From NCBI RefSeq assembly GCF_002075285.3, contig NZ_CP021983.2:2670001-2702000 (forward strand): a DNA stretch of 32,000 nucleotides, read 5' to 3'. This stretch comes from Halomicronema hongdechloris C2206. GTDB lineage: Bacteria > Cyanobacteriota > Cyanobacteriia > Phormidesmidales > Phormidesmidaceae. Below, in pieces: positions 1 to 10,341 of this stretch (within the stretch, counting starts at the first letter, position 1; every line of letters starts with the position of its first letter). The translations under genes were made by a program, and so were the position numbers. The notes under the pieces were generated by a model. The model saw nothing but the letters and a program-made list of their open reading frames with translations, had not been told where the DNA came from and made no database searches.

Positions 1-1
1 T

Positions 2-400
2 AAAGGAAATTATATGAGCTATTTTGGCTCTTGGGATAGTCATGTTCTTGGATGGATGAGCGGAACAAAGAATAATAATACTGATTTCATATGCTTAAAG
101 TATGAAGATCTCAAAGATGAAACAGAAAAAGAGTTAACTAAAGTAGCTGACTTTTTAGGACTCAAGATTAACCAAGAACTATGTCAGAGAACTATTACTG
201 CTAGTTCCTTTAATAAGATGAGACAATTAGAGTCTATGGATTGGGAGAAATCTAAGGCATTAAGCAATGGTAATCCTCATAAGCGATTTGTAAGAAGTGG
301 GCAAGTAGATGAATGGAAATCGTATTTTAATCAAGAATCAGAGAGAAAATTACTGTCAAAATTTAGACCTGCAATGGAAGCACTTGGCTATACAGATTAG
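2..400 (+). CDS. sulfotransferase, C-terminal part (5' end lies left of the window)
   Basis: The frame is open from base 2 with no stop before the listed ATG at 14, so the gene is cut by the window edge. The C-terminal KRFVRSGQVDEWKSYF resembles the RKGxxGDWKxxF PAPS 3'-phosphate-binding motif of Sulfotransfer_1-type enzymes. AT-rich like its neighbours. Confidence 0.65.
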   Translation, partial: KGNYMSYFGSWDSHVLGWMSGTKNNNTDFICLKYEDLKDETEKELTKVADFLGLKINQELCQRTITASSFNKMRQLESMDWEKSKALSNGNPHKRFVRSGQVDEWKSYFNQESERKLLSKFRPAMEALGYTD

Positions 401-684
401 TCTCTAATAAACTTTTGAAAAGTTCATTAGATAAATAAAAAATAAGCTAAACCATGAGACTAAAAAAATAGATGAGATCTAGCTATAGGGACAGAAGAAC
501 AGTTGGTTTGTTGTAAAAATGTATTACCTTTAAATACCTATTCAGATGCAAAAGTCAAATCTAATTAGTCACCTCAATGGATGAAATGTGCACAATAAAT
601 AAATGATATCTGAGGCAAAAAATTTGGAATTATATTTTTTACTACTTTATAATTCCATATAAAAAACAAGAGAAAATTAAAATC

Positions 685-1512
685 ATGATCAATATAACGT
701 CTTTTTTTAGAAGCAGAAAAGAGTTTAATCTATTATTCTGCATTAACTCTGGAAGATCTGGTTCAAACTACCTTTCAAGTCTCTTAGGAACAACAAAAGA
801 AGTATTTAGTCAGCATGAGGCTGAGCCTCCTATGATTGGTGGATATCTTGAAATGGTAAATAATTATCCCTTTTCTGAATCTTATCAATCTAGAAGAGTA
901 AAAGTCGATGCTATAAAGCAAGCTATTAAAAGCATGCCAAAAAGTAAGAAGATTTACTGTGAAACAAATCACATGTTTATTAAAACATTCTTTGATGTCG
1001 TAATGGATGAATTTTCTGAGAAAGTGGAAATTATTATTCTAAGAAGAAACTTGGTGAGAGTTCTGAAGAGTTTCATAGAACTTGGTTATTTCTCGGAGCG
1101 CAATAAAGTTTGGTCTGAATGGATGTCTAGCCCCAACTCTATAACGGCTGTACTTCCCTGTATTGGTTTAGATAGTGAACTAGATCAATATGATCTATGC
1201 ATTGCATATCTTTTAGATATAGAAGCAAGAGCAGAAAAGTTTCAGAAGGATTATCCTTCAGCAAGGACATATGAGATCAAACTTGAGGATTTAAACGATT
1301 TTTCAAATATAAATAGAATGTTTAAGGCCATGAAAATAACACCTACACAAGAAACTTATAAAATATATAATAAAAAAATTAATAATAGAGAAATTAGAAA
1401 GAAAGAGATAGGAATTAGCTCTAGTTTAGACTATTGCGAGAAGAGATTGAAAGAATACATTGAAAAGGCTAATTACTTGGGGATAGAAATACCGCAAAAG
1501 GCGGCAACATAA
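685..1512 (+). CDS. sulfotransferase-family protein (predicted)
   Basis: 275-aa ORF. The N-terminal LFCINSGRSGSNYLSSLL is a PAPS 5'-phosphosulfate-binding-loop-like motif, nearly identical to the loop in the ORF at 2554. Same strand and composition as the flanking glycan genes. Confidence 0.55.
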   Translation: MINITSFFRSRKEFNLLFCINSGRSGSNYLSSLLGTTKEVFSQHEAEPPMIGGYLEMVNNYPFSESYQSRRVKVDAIKQAIKSMPKSKKIYCETNHMFIKTFFDVVMDEFSEKVEIIILRRNLVRVLKSFIELGYFSERNKVWSEWMSSPNSITAVLPCIGLDSELDQYDLCIAYLLDIEARAEKFQKDYPSARTYEIKLEDLNDFSNINRMFKAMKITPTQETYKIYNKKINNREIRKKEIGISSSLDYCEKRLKEYIEKANYLGIEIPQKAAT

Positions 1513-1580
1513 ATATCTCAGTCAAGCAAGGCTCTTAAACATTTTGCTTATTATCAGGCATTTAAATTGAAGGTAAAACC

Positions 1581-2465
1581 ATGGACCATAATCTCAATCC
1601 TAAAATTAGTGTAGTAATGATAGATGGTTCTTTTCGAGAAAACTTCTCTGCAATAAAGTACTTTGGAGATCAATCTCTTCCTTCTGAGAGTTATGAATTA
1701 ATTTGGGTAGAGTATTACAACAACGTAGATAAAAATTTGAGGAGAGAGATTGAAAAATTTCCAAATTTTAGAATTCTCACTTTAGGCAGAGAAGGAGAAT
1801 ACCATTCTTCCTATTGTTTTAATGCTGGGATTTCAGAAAGTATCGGTGATGTAATCGTAATTCCAGATGCAGACTTAGTTGTAGAAAACAATTTTCTAGA
1901 GGAAATTCTTTCCGAACATAGAAAAAATAACGAGCTGGCAATGTATATCTATAGGCTAAACGAGCCAAAAGAATTACATCAAGAGCCCATTACTCTAGAG
2001 CATTTAAAGCAAGTTTGCATTCTAACAAATCCAACTAACTATGGGGGTTGCCTTTCCGTTAGAAAAGAATGGCTCCTGAAAATCAACGGATACGAGCAAC
2101 ATCCTACATTTGGGACAGGATTTCACGCTAATGGATTAGATATCTATACAAGATTAAAAAACCTTGGACTACAAATCAAGTGGCATCCTACTCTAAGGCT
2201 ATACCATGCTTGGCATCCATTCACTGAAATCAGTGACCATGCATACAAGTTACAAAAGGAAATCATCAAGTATCGTGAGAGAAATCTCCTTACTAATACC
2301 TTTTGTGGAATTGATGTAAAGAGAAATCAGTCAATACCTGATGAGCTGATAGAGAGGCTAGAAAAAATCAGGGTTGGCAAGTCATATAATAGCAATAAAA
2401 AATTAGTAACTTCTTTTAAGTTGAGGGATATTGCATCTCGTTTTACAAGAGATCTTACTCCATAA
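1581..2465 (+). CDS. glycosyltransferase, GT2-like (GT-A fold)
   Basis: 294-aa ORF. The N-terminal ISVVMIDGSFRENF...YELIWVEYYN and the acidic motif VIVIPDADLVV (DxD-like) are typical of family-2-type glycosyltransferases. Confidence 0.65.
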   Translation: MDHNLNPKISVVMIDGSFRENFSAIKYFGDQSLPSESYELIWVEYYNNVDKNLRREIEKFPNFRILTLGREGEYHSSYCFNAGISESIGDVIVIPDADLVVENNFLEEILSEHRKNNELAMYIYRLNEPKELHQEPITLEHLKQVCILTNPTNYGGCLSVRKEWLLKINGYEQHPTFGTGFHANGLDIYTRLKNLGLQIKWHPTLRLYHAWHPFTEISDHAYKLQKEIIKYRERNLLTNTFCGIDVKRNQSIPDELIERLEKIRVGKSYNSNKKLVTSFKLRDIASRFTRDLTP

Positions 2466-2553
2466 AATTCAATTACATAAAATACAAACAATTTTAGCTC
2501 TCCAACGAATGCCTTTCAGGAGTATGTAAATATATCTATTTCCAATCGAGCTA

Positions 2554-3372
2554 GTGTTGCAGTTACTTTTTCTGATCACAATGTCTATCTTCGGGGTACT
2601 TAATAATAATAATAATTACAGTACCAGCAAAACCAATTTTGTAGTCTTATCAATGCCTAGATCTGGAAGCAACTATTTGTGTGGCCTCTTAAATTCACAT
2701 CCTGACATTTTGTGTCACCACGAAGTTTTTCATAGAGATGAGATCTACTACTCTTTGGATCATCGAGATGGCGATTTAAATCTTGGGACAATTGAAGAGA
2801 GAGATCAATATTCTAAAAAGTTCATTAGGAAGATCTGGGAAAATAATTTCGGTTGTTCCAGTGTCGGTTTTAAGATTTTTCCAAACCAACACAAGAAAGC
2901 TATAAATTTCGTTATAAATAACCACAAAATTAAGAAAGTTATCCTTAAAAGAAATAATTATTTTAGGTCTTATACATCGTATATATTAGCTAAGAAAACT
3001 GGGATTTACTCTAATCTTAAAAAAAGTAAATCGCCAAATCATAAAGATAAACAAACGAAGATCAGAGTTGATTTAGATGATCTCGATAGATATATCATTT
3101 CGAGGAACAATTTCTTTCGATCAGTGAGAAACAGGCTTGAATCGACAAATCAATCATTTGTAGAAGTTTCATATGAAGATCTTTTCGGAGGTAATCGGAT
3201 TAGTGTTCACCAGAATATTCTAAATTACATTTGCGTTAAAAATTCAGATCTCCTAAAGGAAACACATCGCAAGCAAAATTCTTCCAGATATCTATCAGAA
3301 ATCATTGATAACTTTTCTGACTTGTCGGAAAAATATCAAGATTCGGATTTAGCAGAATATTTATTAAACTAA
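2554..3372 (+). CDS. sulfotransferase-family protein (Stf0-like, predicted)
   Basis: FVVLSMPRSGSNYLCGLLNSHPDILCHHEVF is a P-loop-like PAPS-binding motif followed by a His-containing segment. The listed start is GTG at 2554; an ATG at 2581 (MSIFGV...) is an equally plausible start. Confidence 0.6.
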   Translation: MLQLLFLITMSIFGVLNNNNNYSTSKTNFVVLSMPRSGSNYLCGLLNSHPDILCHHEVFHRDEIYYSLDHRDGDLNLGTIEERDQYSKKFIRKIWENNFGCSSVGFKIFPNQHKKAINFVINNHKIKKVILKRNNYFRSYTSYILAKKTGIYSNLKKSKSPNHKDKQTKIRVDLDDLDRYIISRNNFFRSVRNRLESTNQSFVEVSYEDLFGGNRISVHQNILNYICVKNSDLLKETHRKQNSSRYLSEIIDNFSDLSEKYQDSDLAEYLLN

Positions 3373-3484
3373 TAGCTCTAGCTTGTCTAATCAAAATATA
3401 AGGCACAAGCTCAGATTAATTACAGTCAAAATATTTAGATGGATTTAATAGCTTTATAAACGTTATTTTGTCACTCTAATCTCT

Positions 3485-4291
3485 ATGAAAAATGTCATCA
3501 TTTTAGGTTCAGGTCGCAGTGGTACCAGCATGGTAACTGGTACCCTTGTTAAGGCTGGTTACTTCATGGGTGATGATCTTTGGAAAGCACGTGAAGCGAA
3601 CCCTAAAGGATTCTTTGAAGATCGAGAGATCAACAGCATTAATGAAGAACTTCTGGCACCTTTAATTCCGCCTAGAATTCGTATCCCAGCTTCCCATCGC
3701 TTGAAGTTGCCAATCAAGCATTTGCGGCAGCATCAGCCTATTCGGCAACAGCGGTGGCTTGCTTGTATTCCAGTCAATGCTTCTATCCCAATATCCGTTG
3801 ACCTAGCTGGGAAAATTCAGAAAATCACAGCTAGAGAACCTTACTGCCTAAAAGATCCAAGATTCTCTTATACATTGCCTGCTTGGAAACCTTACCTAAA
3901 AGATACAGTATTCGTTTGCGTTTTTCGTGATCCAGCTAGCACTTCAAACAGCATTCTAAAAGAGTGCTCTGGTGTTTGGCATCTTAGCAACTCTTCCACA
4001 GGCATCCGCATATCTCGACGGCGGGCACTGCAGATATGGACATTAATGTATCAACACATTCTCGAGAAGCATTATCCCACAGGAGGTAAGTGGTTGTTTA
4101 TGCACTACAATCAGGCCTTAACCTCTGAAGGACTAAGCCGCTTGGAATCCTTCGTACAAGCTCCTGTGGATTACAGTTTTCCAAATCCAAGTATCAGACG
4201 CACTTTTTCCAGGGAACAAGTTCCCAAAAAAGCAAATCAAATATATCAGGAACTTTGCAAGCTAGCTGAATACGAAGATCTAGACTTCTAG
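3485..4291 (+). CDS. sulfotransferase-family protein (predicted)
   Basis: MKNVIILGSGRSGTSMVTGTL at the extreme N-terminus is a 5'-PSB loop. The 268-aa size is typical of bacterial Sulfotransfer_3-like proteins. Confidence 0.6.
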   Translation: MKNVIILGSGRSGTSMVTGTLVKAGYFMGDDLWKAREANPKGFFEDREINSINEELLAPLIPPRIRIPASHRLKLPIKHLRQHQPIRQQRWLACIPVNASIPISVDLAGKIQKITAREPYCLKDPRFSYTLPAWKPYLKDTVFVCVFRDPASTSNSILKECSGVWHLSNSSTGIRISRRRALQIWTLMYQHILEKHYPTGGKWLFMHYNQALTSEGLSRLESFVQAPVDYSFPNPSIRRTFSREQVPKKANQIYQELCKLAEYEDLDF

Positions 4292-4333
4292 ATCTATCGA
4301 TCCAGAATTGCAGCTTAAAATGGCAGTGTAATC

Positions 4334-5257
4334 ATGTTTATTTCAGTCGTCATATGCACGCTCAATCGAGCTGACTATCTCAGGAAAGCAATCAAAAGCT
4401 TAACTAGTCAGACATTTAACGCTGCTCAGTTTGAAATTATTGTCGTTGATAATAACTCTACTGATAATACTCGATCTGTCGCCAAAGACGAGTTCGGTGG
4501 TATTAATAATATTCGATATCTATTTGAACCAGTAATGGGACTCTCGCAAGCCCGTAACACTGGTTGGCAAAATTCTAGAGGTGACTTTATTGCTTTTCTC
4601 GATGATGATGCCATTGCTGCACCACAATGGCTTGAAATAATCGCACAGGTATTTGCGTCTGTTACTCCTATGCCGGGGTGTGTAGGTGGTAAGGTCAAAC
4701 CACTCTGGGAATCGCCAAGGCCCAGCTGGTTATCAGATTCCCTATTATCCTGTCTATCACTTATTGACTATGCCGATTATCCCACTTTTCTAGAAGATGG
4801 CTTTGTCGTTGGCGCTAATATGGCGTTTCCCAAGAAAGTACTCCAAGAACTCGATGGTTTTAGCACCATGTTGGGGAGAAAAGGCAAAAGTCTTCTCTCG
4901 AATGAAGAGATCCTCCTTAGAAATCAACTTAAGAGTGCAGGCTACAAAATTTTCTACCATCCTGAAGCAAGTGTCATCCACCAAATTCCTGCATCTCGAC
5001 TAGAGCAATCATGGTTCCTGAAGCGTTACTATTTTCAAGGTGTATCAGACGCTTATATGATGCTCTATAAAAATAACTTGAGTTCACTGAGACGCCTGAA
5101 TTTGGTTCGCAGAAAAACTAAGTCACTACTTAACTTATCGGATAAATTGGTTCCTCTTTTTCTTCGCTCTGAAGATGCCAATACTTTTTACAAAAAATGT
5201 CAAGCCCGTCGAGATATCGGATATATTGCCGCATTGGCAGGACTTTCTAAGACTTAG
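4334..5257 (+). CDS. glycosyltransferase family 2
   Basis: The canonical GT2 N-terminus ISVVICTLNRADYLRKAIKSLTSQTF..FEIIVVDNNSTDNT is followed by FLDDDA (DxD). Confidence 0.85.
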   Translation: MFISVVICTLNRADYLRKAIKSLTSQTFNAAQFEIIVVDNNSTDNTRSVAKDEFGGINNIRYLFEPVMGLSQARNTGWQNSRGDFIAFLDDDAIAAPQWLEIIAQVFASVTPMPGCVGGKVKPLWESPRPSWLSDSLLSCLSLIDYADYPTFLEDGFVVGANMAFPKKVLQELDGFSTMLGRKGKSLLSNEEILLRNQLKSAGYKIFYHPEASVIHQIPASRLEQSWFLKRYYFQGVSDAYMMLYKNNLSSLRRLNLVRRKTKSLLNLSDKLVPLFLRSEDANTFYKKCQARRDIGYIAALAGLSKT

Positions 5258-5312
5258 CTCTATGTTTGCTTTATAAAACAAATCTATCTGGCGACTAATT
5301 ATTGTGAAATCC

Positions 5313-6407
5313 ATGACTCCATCCAAACTAAAAAAACCTTTACGAGTCGCATTTTTATCGGATTGGTTCGGCAGTCCGTATAAGAAGTTATTAGCGGAAC
5401 ATCTTGAGCAACTAAATGTAGAGGTGACAGAATATCAACAATATAGGAGATTTATAACAACTGTACTTAAAGATAAAAAACCACACGTTGTACATATCCA
5501 CAGTACTATTTTTAACTTGTTTGGTAACAAGGACTCTCAACTACTGAAATGGATCCGAATATTGCAGTTTGTGAGCCAAGTCATCCTACTCCGACTGTTA
5601 GGTGTCAAGACTATTTGGACGATCCACGAATGGGCTGACAAGCATAACCGAGGGAATCGTGATTTATCTACTTGGCAATATGCCCTACTTGGGCAAGTAT
5701 TTCACTCTATTATTGTTCATTGCAAGTCTACCGGCAATGAAGTTGTTAAGTCTTTAGGAATTCAAAATCAGTCTAAGTTGATTGTTATTCCTCATGGAAA
5801 TTTTATCGATTTTTATGAAAACACTGTCGATCAGATAATTGCTAGAGAAAAACTTGGAGTTCCTCTCAATCACACTGTGTTTTTATTTTTTGGTGCCATT
5901 TCTTATCACAAAGGAATCATAGAGACTCTAGATGCTTTCAATGTTGTTTCAGAGCAAAAGTCTGAAGTATCACTACTTGTGGCCGGCAAAATATCTCATT
6001 TAGAGGTGAACCTTGAAGATAATATTCACAAAAGAATAATTAACAACAAAAACATCCATCTCTTTCCGGGAAAAGTGTCTGATGAGGATGTACAGCTTTA
6101 TATGAATGCTTGTGACTGCGTTGTTACACCATATCGTTCATTTACAACTTCTGGTGTAGCACTACTAGCAATGTCTTTTGGAAAAGCTATAATTGCACCT
6201 AAAAGAGGATTTTTTAGCGATTCTCTAAGTAAAGAAGGGGCGTTTTTATATGACCCATTTTCCAATAATTCGCTTATAGAAAGCTTTGAACTAGCTGTTG
6301 AAAATAAGAATAATTTGGCAAAAATGGGACAACATAATCTCTTAATAGCTAAAAAACTGAATTGGAAAACGATAGCCGATCAATCTTTGGAAATTTATCT
6401 TGGCTAA
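5313..6407 (+). CDS. glycosyltransferase, GT-B fold (group 1 / GT4-like)
   Basis: C-terminal half reads FLFFGAISYHKG...LLVAGK...VVTPYRSFTTSGVALLAMSFGKAIIAP, the Glycos_transf_1 pattern. The ORF track starts at GTG 5304; the ATG at 5313 is chosen here. Confidence 0.7.
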   Translation: MTPSKLKKPLRVAFLSDWFGSPYKKLLAEHLEQLNVEVTEYQQYRRFITTVLKDKKPHVVHIHSTIFNLFGNKDSQLLKWIRILQFVSQVILLRLLGVKTIWTIHEWADKHNRGNRDLSTWQYALLGQVFHSIIVHCKSTGNEVVKSLGIQNQSKLIVIPHGNFIDFYENTVDQIIAREKLGVPLNHTVFLFFGAISYHKGIIETLDAFNVVSEQKSEVSLLVAGKISHLEVNLEDNIHKRIINNKNIHLFPGKVSDEDVQLYMNACDCVVTPYRSFTTSGVALLAMSFGKAIIAPKRGFFSDSLSKEGAFLYDPFSNNSLIESFELAVENKNNLAKMGQHNLLIAKKLNWKTIADQSLEIYLG

Positions 6408-6486
6408 ATTTATTGCTCATAAAGTTTCAGCTTTTGAGACTTCTGTTGACTAGGAGATTTAAGTGGACTTGAACTGGAAAATGGAT

Positions 6487-7617
6487 TTACTTAAATTGTG
6501 CTTGGGCTTTAAAGATAGCTTTTTCCCAATGATGCCGCCGAATCTGACGTCCATACCAAATGGGCCGACCAATCAATTTCCCTAACGGCGACTGTCGCCG
6601 CCAGCGCTCATAGCCTTCCACCACTGGCCCCGCTAAAATCTCCCGCCAACACTTCGCCACCCCATCGGCATCATAGTCCCGCACCCGTTGCCAGCCATTC
6701 TCTACCATGGCCTGGTAATAGCCCGGCTCTTCTTTCAGTCGCCGTAGTGCAGCAATAGCTTCCTCCGAAGAATGCACCTCAATGTAGTCCAACTTCGAGC
6801 GGCGCAACTGTTGATAAGCTGGCTCTGGCCCCAACAACGCCGGGCACCCTGCTAACCAGGCATTGACCAGCTTACTCGCCGGTTTCACCGACAGCAAAAG
6901 CGGCTTACTCTCACGAACCGCTAGTACTGCATCCGTCTGAGAATAATCGTGCCAGTCTTTCCATGCCTGTTTTAGATCCTGGGCATTTTCATCACTGGTT
7001 TCTAACTGAATCCCCAACCCATGCAGAGCAGTGACAAACTCCTCTTGGCGAAATGGGGCTGCTAAATGTTGACTACGGCCCTTATAGACCAACGTGTCTA
7101 GCTGGCACCCCCGGTTACGATCCCTAGGAATGATATTCGGCTGCGGCCAATGGGGGACAAAATGATCGACTCTCGCATCAACCACATTGAGTTGATTTTG
7201 CACGATCCGGTGGTTACAGAGCTCTGGGCGGCCGCGGTCATGCTGGCAAGCCACTACAAAACTATTAAAAGATAGGCGTTTAGGCGATAGTTGTTCATAA
7301 ACCGCCACGCAAATTTGCCCCGGCACATAGCTGCGTGTTAGCTCGACATTGAGCCCCCGCTTCATCAACTGCACATAGGTTTGAATTGGCCAATTGAGTG
7401 TTTCAGTGCCGATACCAGAGCGATACTCTGGTGACCATAGTCTTAAGGCCTCGTAGAGGTAATCCACCAGGTCATCTGCTGGGAGTGATGCGGCCTCATC
7501 AATGGCTGCTTTGAGACGCAGCCAACTCTCCTGGGACACACGACAGACAAAATAAACTGGATATGGTAAGGGCTGCAGAGATAAAACCATAGTACTCTTC
7601 GATGAAGATTCAATCAA
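6487..7617 (-). CDS. hypothetical protein, possible GT-B-type glycosyltransferase (CgeB-like C-terminal domain)
   Basis: 376-aa ORF in GC-rich DNA. The C-terminus KPASKLVNAWLAGCPALLG...IEVHSSEEAIAALRRLKEEPGYYQAMVENGWQRVRDY resembles the Glyco_trans_1_2 type C-terminal domain. The function call is weak. Confidence 0.4.
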   Translation of the reverse strand: MIESSSKSTMVLSLQPLPYPVYFVCRVSQESWLRLKAAIDEAASLPADDLVDYLYEALRLWSPEYRSGIGTETLNWPIQTYVQLMKRGLNVELTRSYVPGQICVAVYEQLSPKRLSFNSFVVACQHDRGRPELCNHRIVQNQLNVVDARVDHFVPHWPQPNIIPRDRNRGCQLDTLVYKGRSQHLAAPFRQEEFVTALHGLGIQLETSDENAQDLKQAWKDWHDYSQTDAVLAVRESKPLLLSVKPASKLVNAWLAGCPALLGPEPAYQQLRRSKLDYIEVHSSEEAIAALRRLKEEPGYYQAMVENGWQRVRDYDADGVAKCWREILAGPVVEGYERWRRQSPLGKLIGRPIWYGRQIRRHHWEKAIFKAQAQFK

Positions 7618-7995
7618 TCTGAAATAAAGTTGCTAATGACTATCAAACTTTCCTGATGAGCACTGTCATTCTAGAAGAGATAACTGAAATTTTAACTGCC
7701 ATGGTAATCATGGCGATTAGTTACTGGCTTACAAACGCCAGGTACCAACCACAAACGCCTTAAATCATTACCTACATTGACCCTCTGTTCTCAGCAATTG
7801 GTTCCTGCTTTACCATAGCCACTGTTAATGATCTTCATTCAGTTAGCAAAGGATCAGGAAACTATTTTTGAATAATCATCGTCTCAGATAAAAGTGCAGA
7901 TCAGGTAGACATTGTGCATCCCTATTCCCTAAATTAAAGCCACACAATTGCCCCTTGCATCGCTAGGTAGTGCTCAACCCAATTTGCTCCTTACC

Positions 7996-8997
7996 ATGCA
8001 CTCAATAGGCGTTGTCACCATTGGCCGCAACGAAGGAGAACGACTGATTCGTGGCCTTAAATCCCTAACAAAATACCTACCCTCTGACACCCCCATTGTC
8101 TATGTCGATTCTGGCTCTACTGACGGAAGTATCGCCGCTGCCCAAGCCTTAGGTATCCACGCCATCGAGTTAGACATGTCAGTTCCTTTCACCATGGCCC
8201 GGGGGCGCAATGCAGGCTTTCAATACCTGATAGATCAGTTTCCTGAGCTCACCTATGTGCAATTCATGGATGGTGACTGTGAGCTATTGCCTAACTGGAT
8301 TGAACCAGCAAAAGCTGCCCTAGACCAAGCCCCTGATCTGGCCATCGTTTGTGGTCGTCGGCGGGAGCGCTTCCCCGAGGCTTCCCCCTACAACCGGCTG
8401 GCCGACATGGAATGGAACACCCCCGTCGGTGAAGCCAAAGCCTGTGGGGGCGATATGTTGGCTCGTGTTGCCGCCATTAAAGACGTTGGTGGCTACACCC
8501 CCACCCTGATCTGTGGCGAAGAACCCGAAATGTGCATTCGCCTACGCCAGCAGGGGTGGCGCATTCGCCGCATCGATGCCGATATGACCCTGCACGATGC
8601 CGCCATGACCCACTTTAGCCAGTGGTGGAAGCGTTCTATCCGGGCGGGTTGGGCCATTGCCGAAGGGAAAGCCATGCATGGAGCCCCCCCTGAAAACTAC
8701 ATGGTGAAAGAATCCCGCAGTGGCTGGTTGTGGGGGTTCATTATTCCAGGTTTAGCCATCGGCCTCAGTTGGCCCACCCGGGGCATCAGCGTAACGCTAC
8801 TGCTGGGCTATGGCGTACTTATGGGGCGTATCTACCAATATCGCAGGCAACAGCATGATCTCCCTGAGCATGCCTGGTTATATGCCCGTTTCTGCACGTT
8901 ATCTAAGCTGCCTCAATGTATTGGTCAGGCACGATATTGGCTAACTCGCCTGCGTCGCCAACAGGCAACTCTTATCGAGTATAAGACCACCTTCTGA
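7996..8997 (+). CDS. glycosyltransferase family 2 with C-terminal membrane segment
   Basis: MHSIGVVTIGRNEGERLIRGLKSL...VYVDSGSTDGS...QFMDGDCEL shows the GT2 signature and DxD. A hydrophobic stretch (WLWGFIIPGLAIGLSW..) lies near the C-terminus. The ORF track offers a TTG start at 7948; the ATG at 7996 fits the family N-terminus better. Confidence 0.8.
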   Translation: MHSIGVVTIGRNEGERLIRGLKSLTKYLPSDTPIVYVDSGSTDGSIAAAQALGIHAIELDMSVPFTMARGRNAGFQYLIDQFPELTYVQFMDGDCELLPNWIEPAKAALDQAPDLAIVCGRRRERFPEASPYNRLADMEWNTPVGEAKACGGDMLARVAAIKDVGGYTPTLICGEEPEMCIRLRQQGWRIRRIDADMTLHDAAMTHFSQWWKRSIRAGWAIAEGKAMHGAPPENYMVKESRSGWLWGFIIPGLAIGLSWPTRGISVTLLLGYGVLMGRIYQYRRQQHDLPEHAWLYARFCTLSKLPQCIGQARYWLTRLRRQQATLIEYKTTF

Positions 8998-8998
8998 C
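8990..8998. repeat. target-site duplication, left copy (CCTTCTGAC)
   Basis: The identical 9-mer occurs at 10299-10307, directly outside the two inverted repeats of the IS. It contains the TGA stop (8995-8997) of the GT2 gene. Confidence 0.65.
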
Positions 8999-10298
8999 CT
9001 GACTGCCTGACACATCTTTTACTCTAGTCGGCAGGATAGAGAGCGGATGCGAGAGAACCAGATTTGGTCGTAATAGTCGTGCTCCGCTTTTTTGGAGGCA
9101 AAACAAGGCTCTGGGTCACGGACTAACAGCGCTATCGGCTCTAGAAGCTGTCGTCCTTTGTGAACGACTCCCTTAAGCCAGCGCAATCCAATCTTGAGGT
9201 AGCTGAGTCCGCGCCGCCAATGAGGGTCTACCTGCTGCCTAAGGCCTTCAATCTGAACCGCCATGCCAGTGGTTGTTCCATAAAGCAGTGCAATAGCGGC
9301 CACTAGATAAAGTCGCTCAAGGGCTACCGCTGAGCGGATTCGGGAGTCTTCAATCTCGAAAGCTCCTGATTTGCTATCCAAAAACAGCTCCTCTACTCTG
9401 AAACGCAACGCGTAGCGCCAGAGCGTCTGCAAGGTAGGCGGTTCATCGGTGATGACGGCCCAAGGCTCTTTGACGCCTTTAAGCGTCGCCAGCACGATGT
9501 TGCACTGGTGGGAGCCATCCTGCCACAGCCTGACATTTCGATAGAAAATCGCCTCGCCTTTTGGCGGCCACAGATATCTCACTTCAGTCGGATAACGCCT
9601 TGGCCCGTGCAGCAGGACATCGCAGGGCACTCGCAAGCAGTAGTGCCAACTGCTCGCTTGCAACCAACTCATCAAGTCGTGGTTGGCAAAGCCTCGGTCG
9701 GCCAGCAGCATTAGGTTCGGGTACTGCCTCAAAAGCCACCGGGCACGGCGCAGCAAAGGGCGGTATTCTTCAAAAGCCACCGTTGCACTGCCATGCTCAA
9801 GCACTCGCCACAGTAGCGGGACTGCTCGTCCGCAGCACACCACTGACAGGTGAATCATGCAGTATTGGTTCCACAGCACCGTTGTATCGAGTGCCAGATA
9901 CAGCCGCTTGCCCTCCCACTGCCTCAGCGTCAGCAGCACCAGCGGTAGGTAGAGCTGATTTATCTCAACGAGCCGGTTGCCGAAAAATCGATGCCACCGC
10001 CGCTCGAAGCTTTGCGCTTTGTTGGCACGGCTTATCACGTAGGACTCCCAAGCAGGTGGGCTCAGCTCACCACTACAAATCAGGGCGGTGACCATCCAAG
10101 ATAGGGCTTTGATATGGCGCAAGTCCCGGTAGTGGCTGTATTGACGCAGATAGTGCAGCAGTTGATCATAGAGCTGGGTAGAGCTTGGCATGTCGCTTTG
10201 GCCGTCAGTGTGGTAACTACAGCCTCGCACACGAGCTCTGCCTATTTCCTCTTTGTCCTGATATGACTACCTTTCAGCTACTTCTGTCAGGCACTCAG
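8999..10298 (-). mobile_element. IS4-family insertion sequence (~1.3 kb, single transposase)
   Basis: Terminal inverted repeats are CTGACTGCCTGACA (8999-9012) and the reverse complement of TGTCAGGCACTCAG (10285-10298), matching at 13 of 14 positions. The element is flanked by 9-bp direct repeats and encodes a DDE transposase with a YREK signature. Confidence 0.8.
9019..10191 (-). CDS. IS4-family DDE transposase
   Basis: The motifs LALDTT, LLADRGF and YALRFRVEELFLDSK fit D, D and Y-x2-R-x3-E-x6-K exactly. The likely start is the ATG at 10191 (MPSSTQLYDQLL...) rather than the upstream GTG at 10230. Confidence 0.85.
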   Translation of the reverse strand: MPSSTQLYDQLLHYLRQYSHYRDLRHIKALSWMVTALICSGELSPPAWESYVISRANKAQSFERRWHRFFGNRLVEINQLYLPLVLLTLRQWEGKRLYLALDTTVLWNQYCMIHLSVVCCGRAVPLLWRVLEHGSATVAFEEYRPLLRRARWLLRQYPNLMLLADRGFANHDLMSWLQASSWHYCLRVPCDVLLHGPRRYPTEVRYLWPPKGEAIFYRNVRLWQDGSHQCNIVLATLKGVKEPWAVITDEPPTLQTLWRYALRFRVEELFLDSKSGAFEIEDSRIRSAVALERLYLVAAIALLYGTTTGMAVQIEGLRQQVDPHWRRGLSYLKIGLRWLKGVVHKGRQLLEPIALLVRDPEPCFASKKAEHDYYDQIWFSRIRSLSCRLE

Positions 10299-10307
10299 CC
10301 TTCTGAC
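10299..10307. repeat. target-site duplication, right copy (CCTTCTGAC)
   Basis: Identical to 8990-8998 and abuts the right inverted repeat. Confidence 0.65.
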
Positions 10308-10341
10308 ACCATTTCCTGCGTCGTTTGCTTGGAACATTTTC

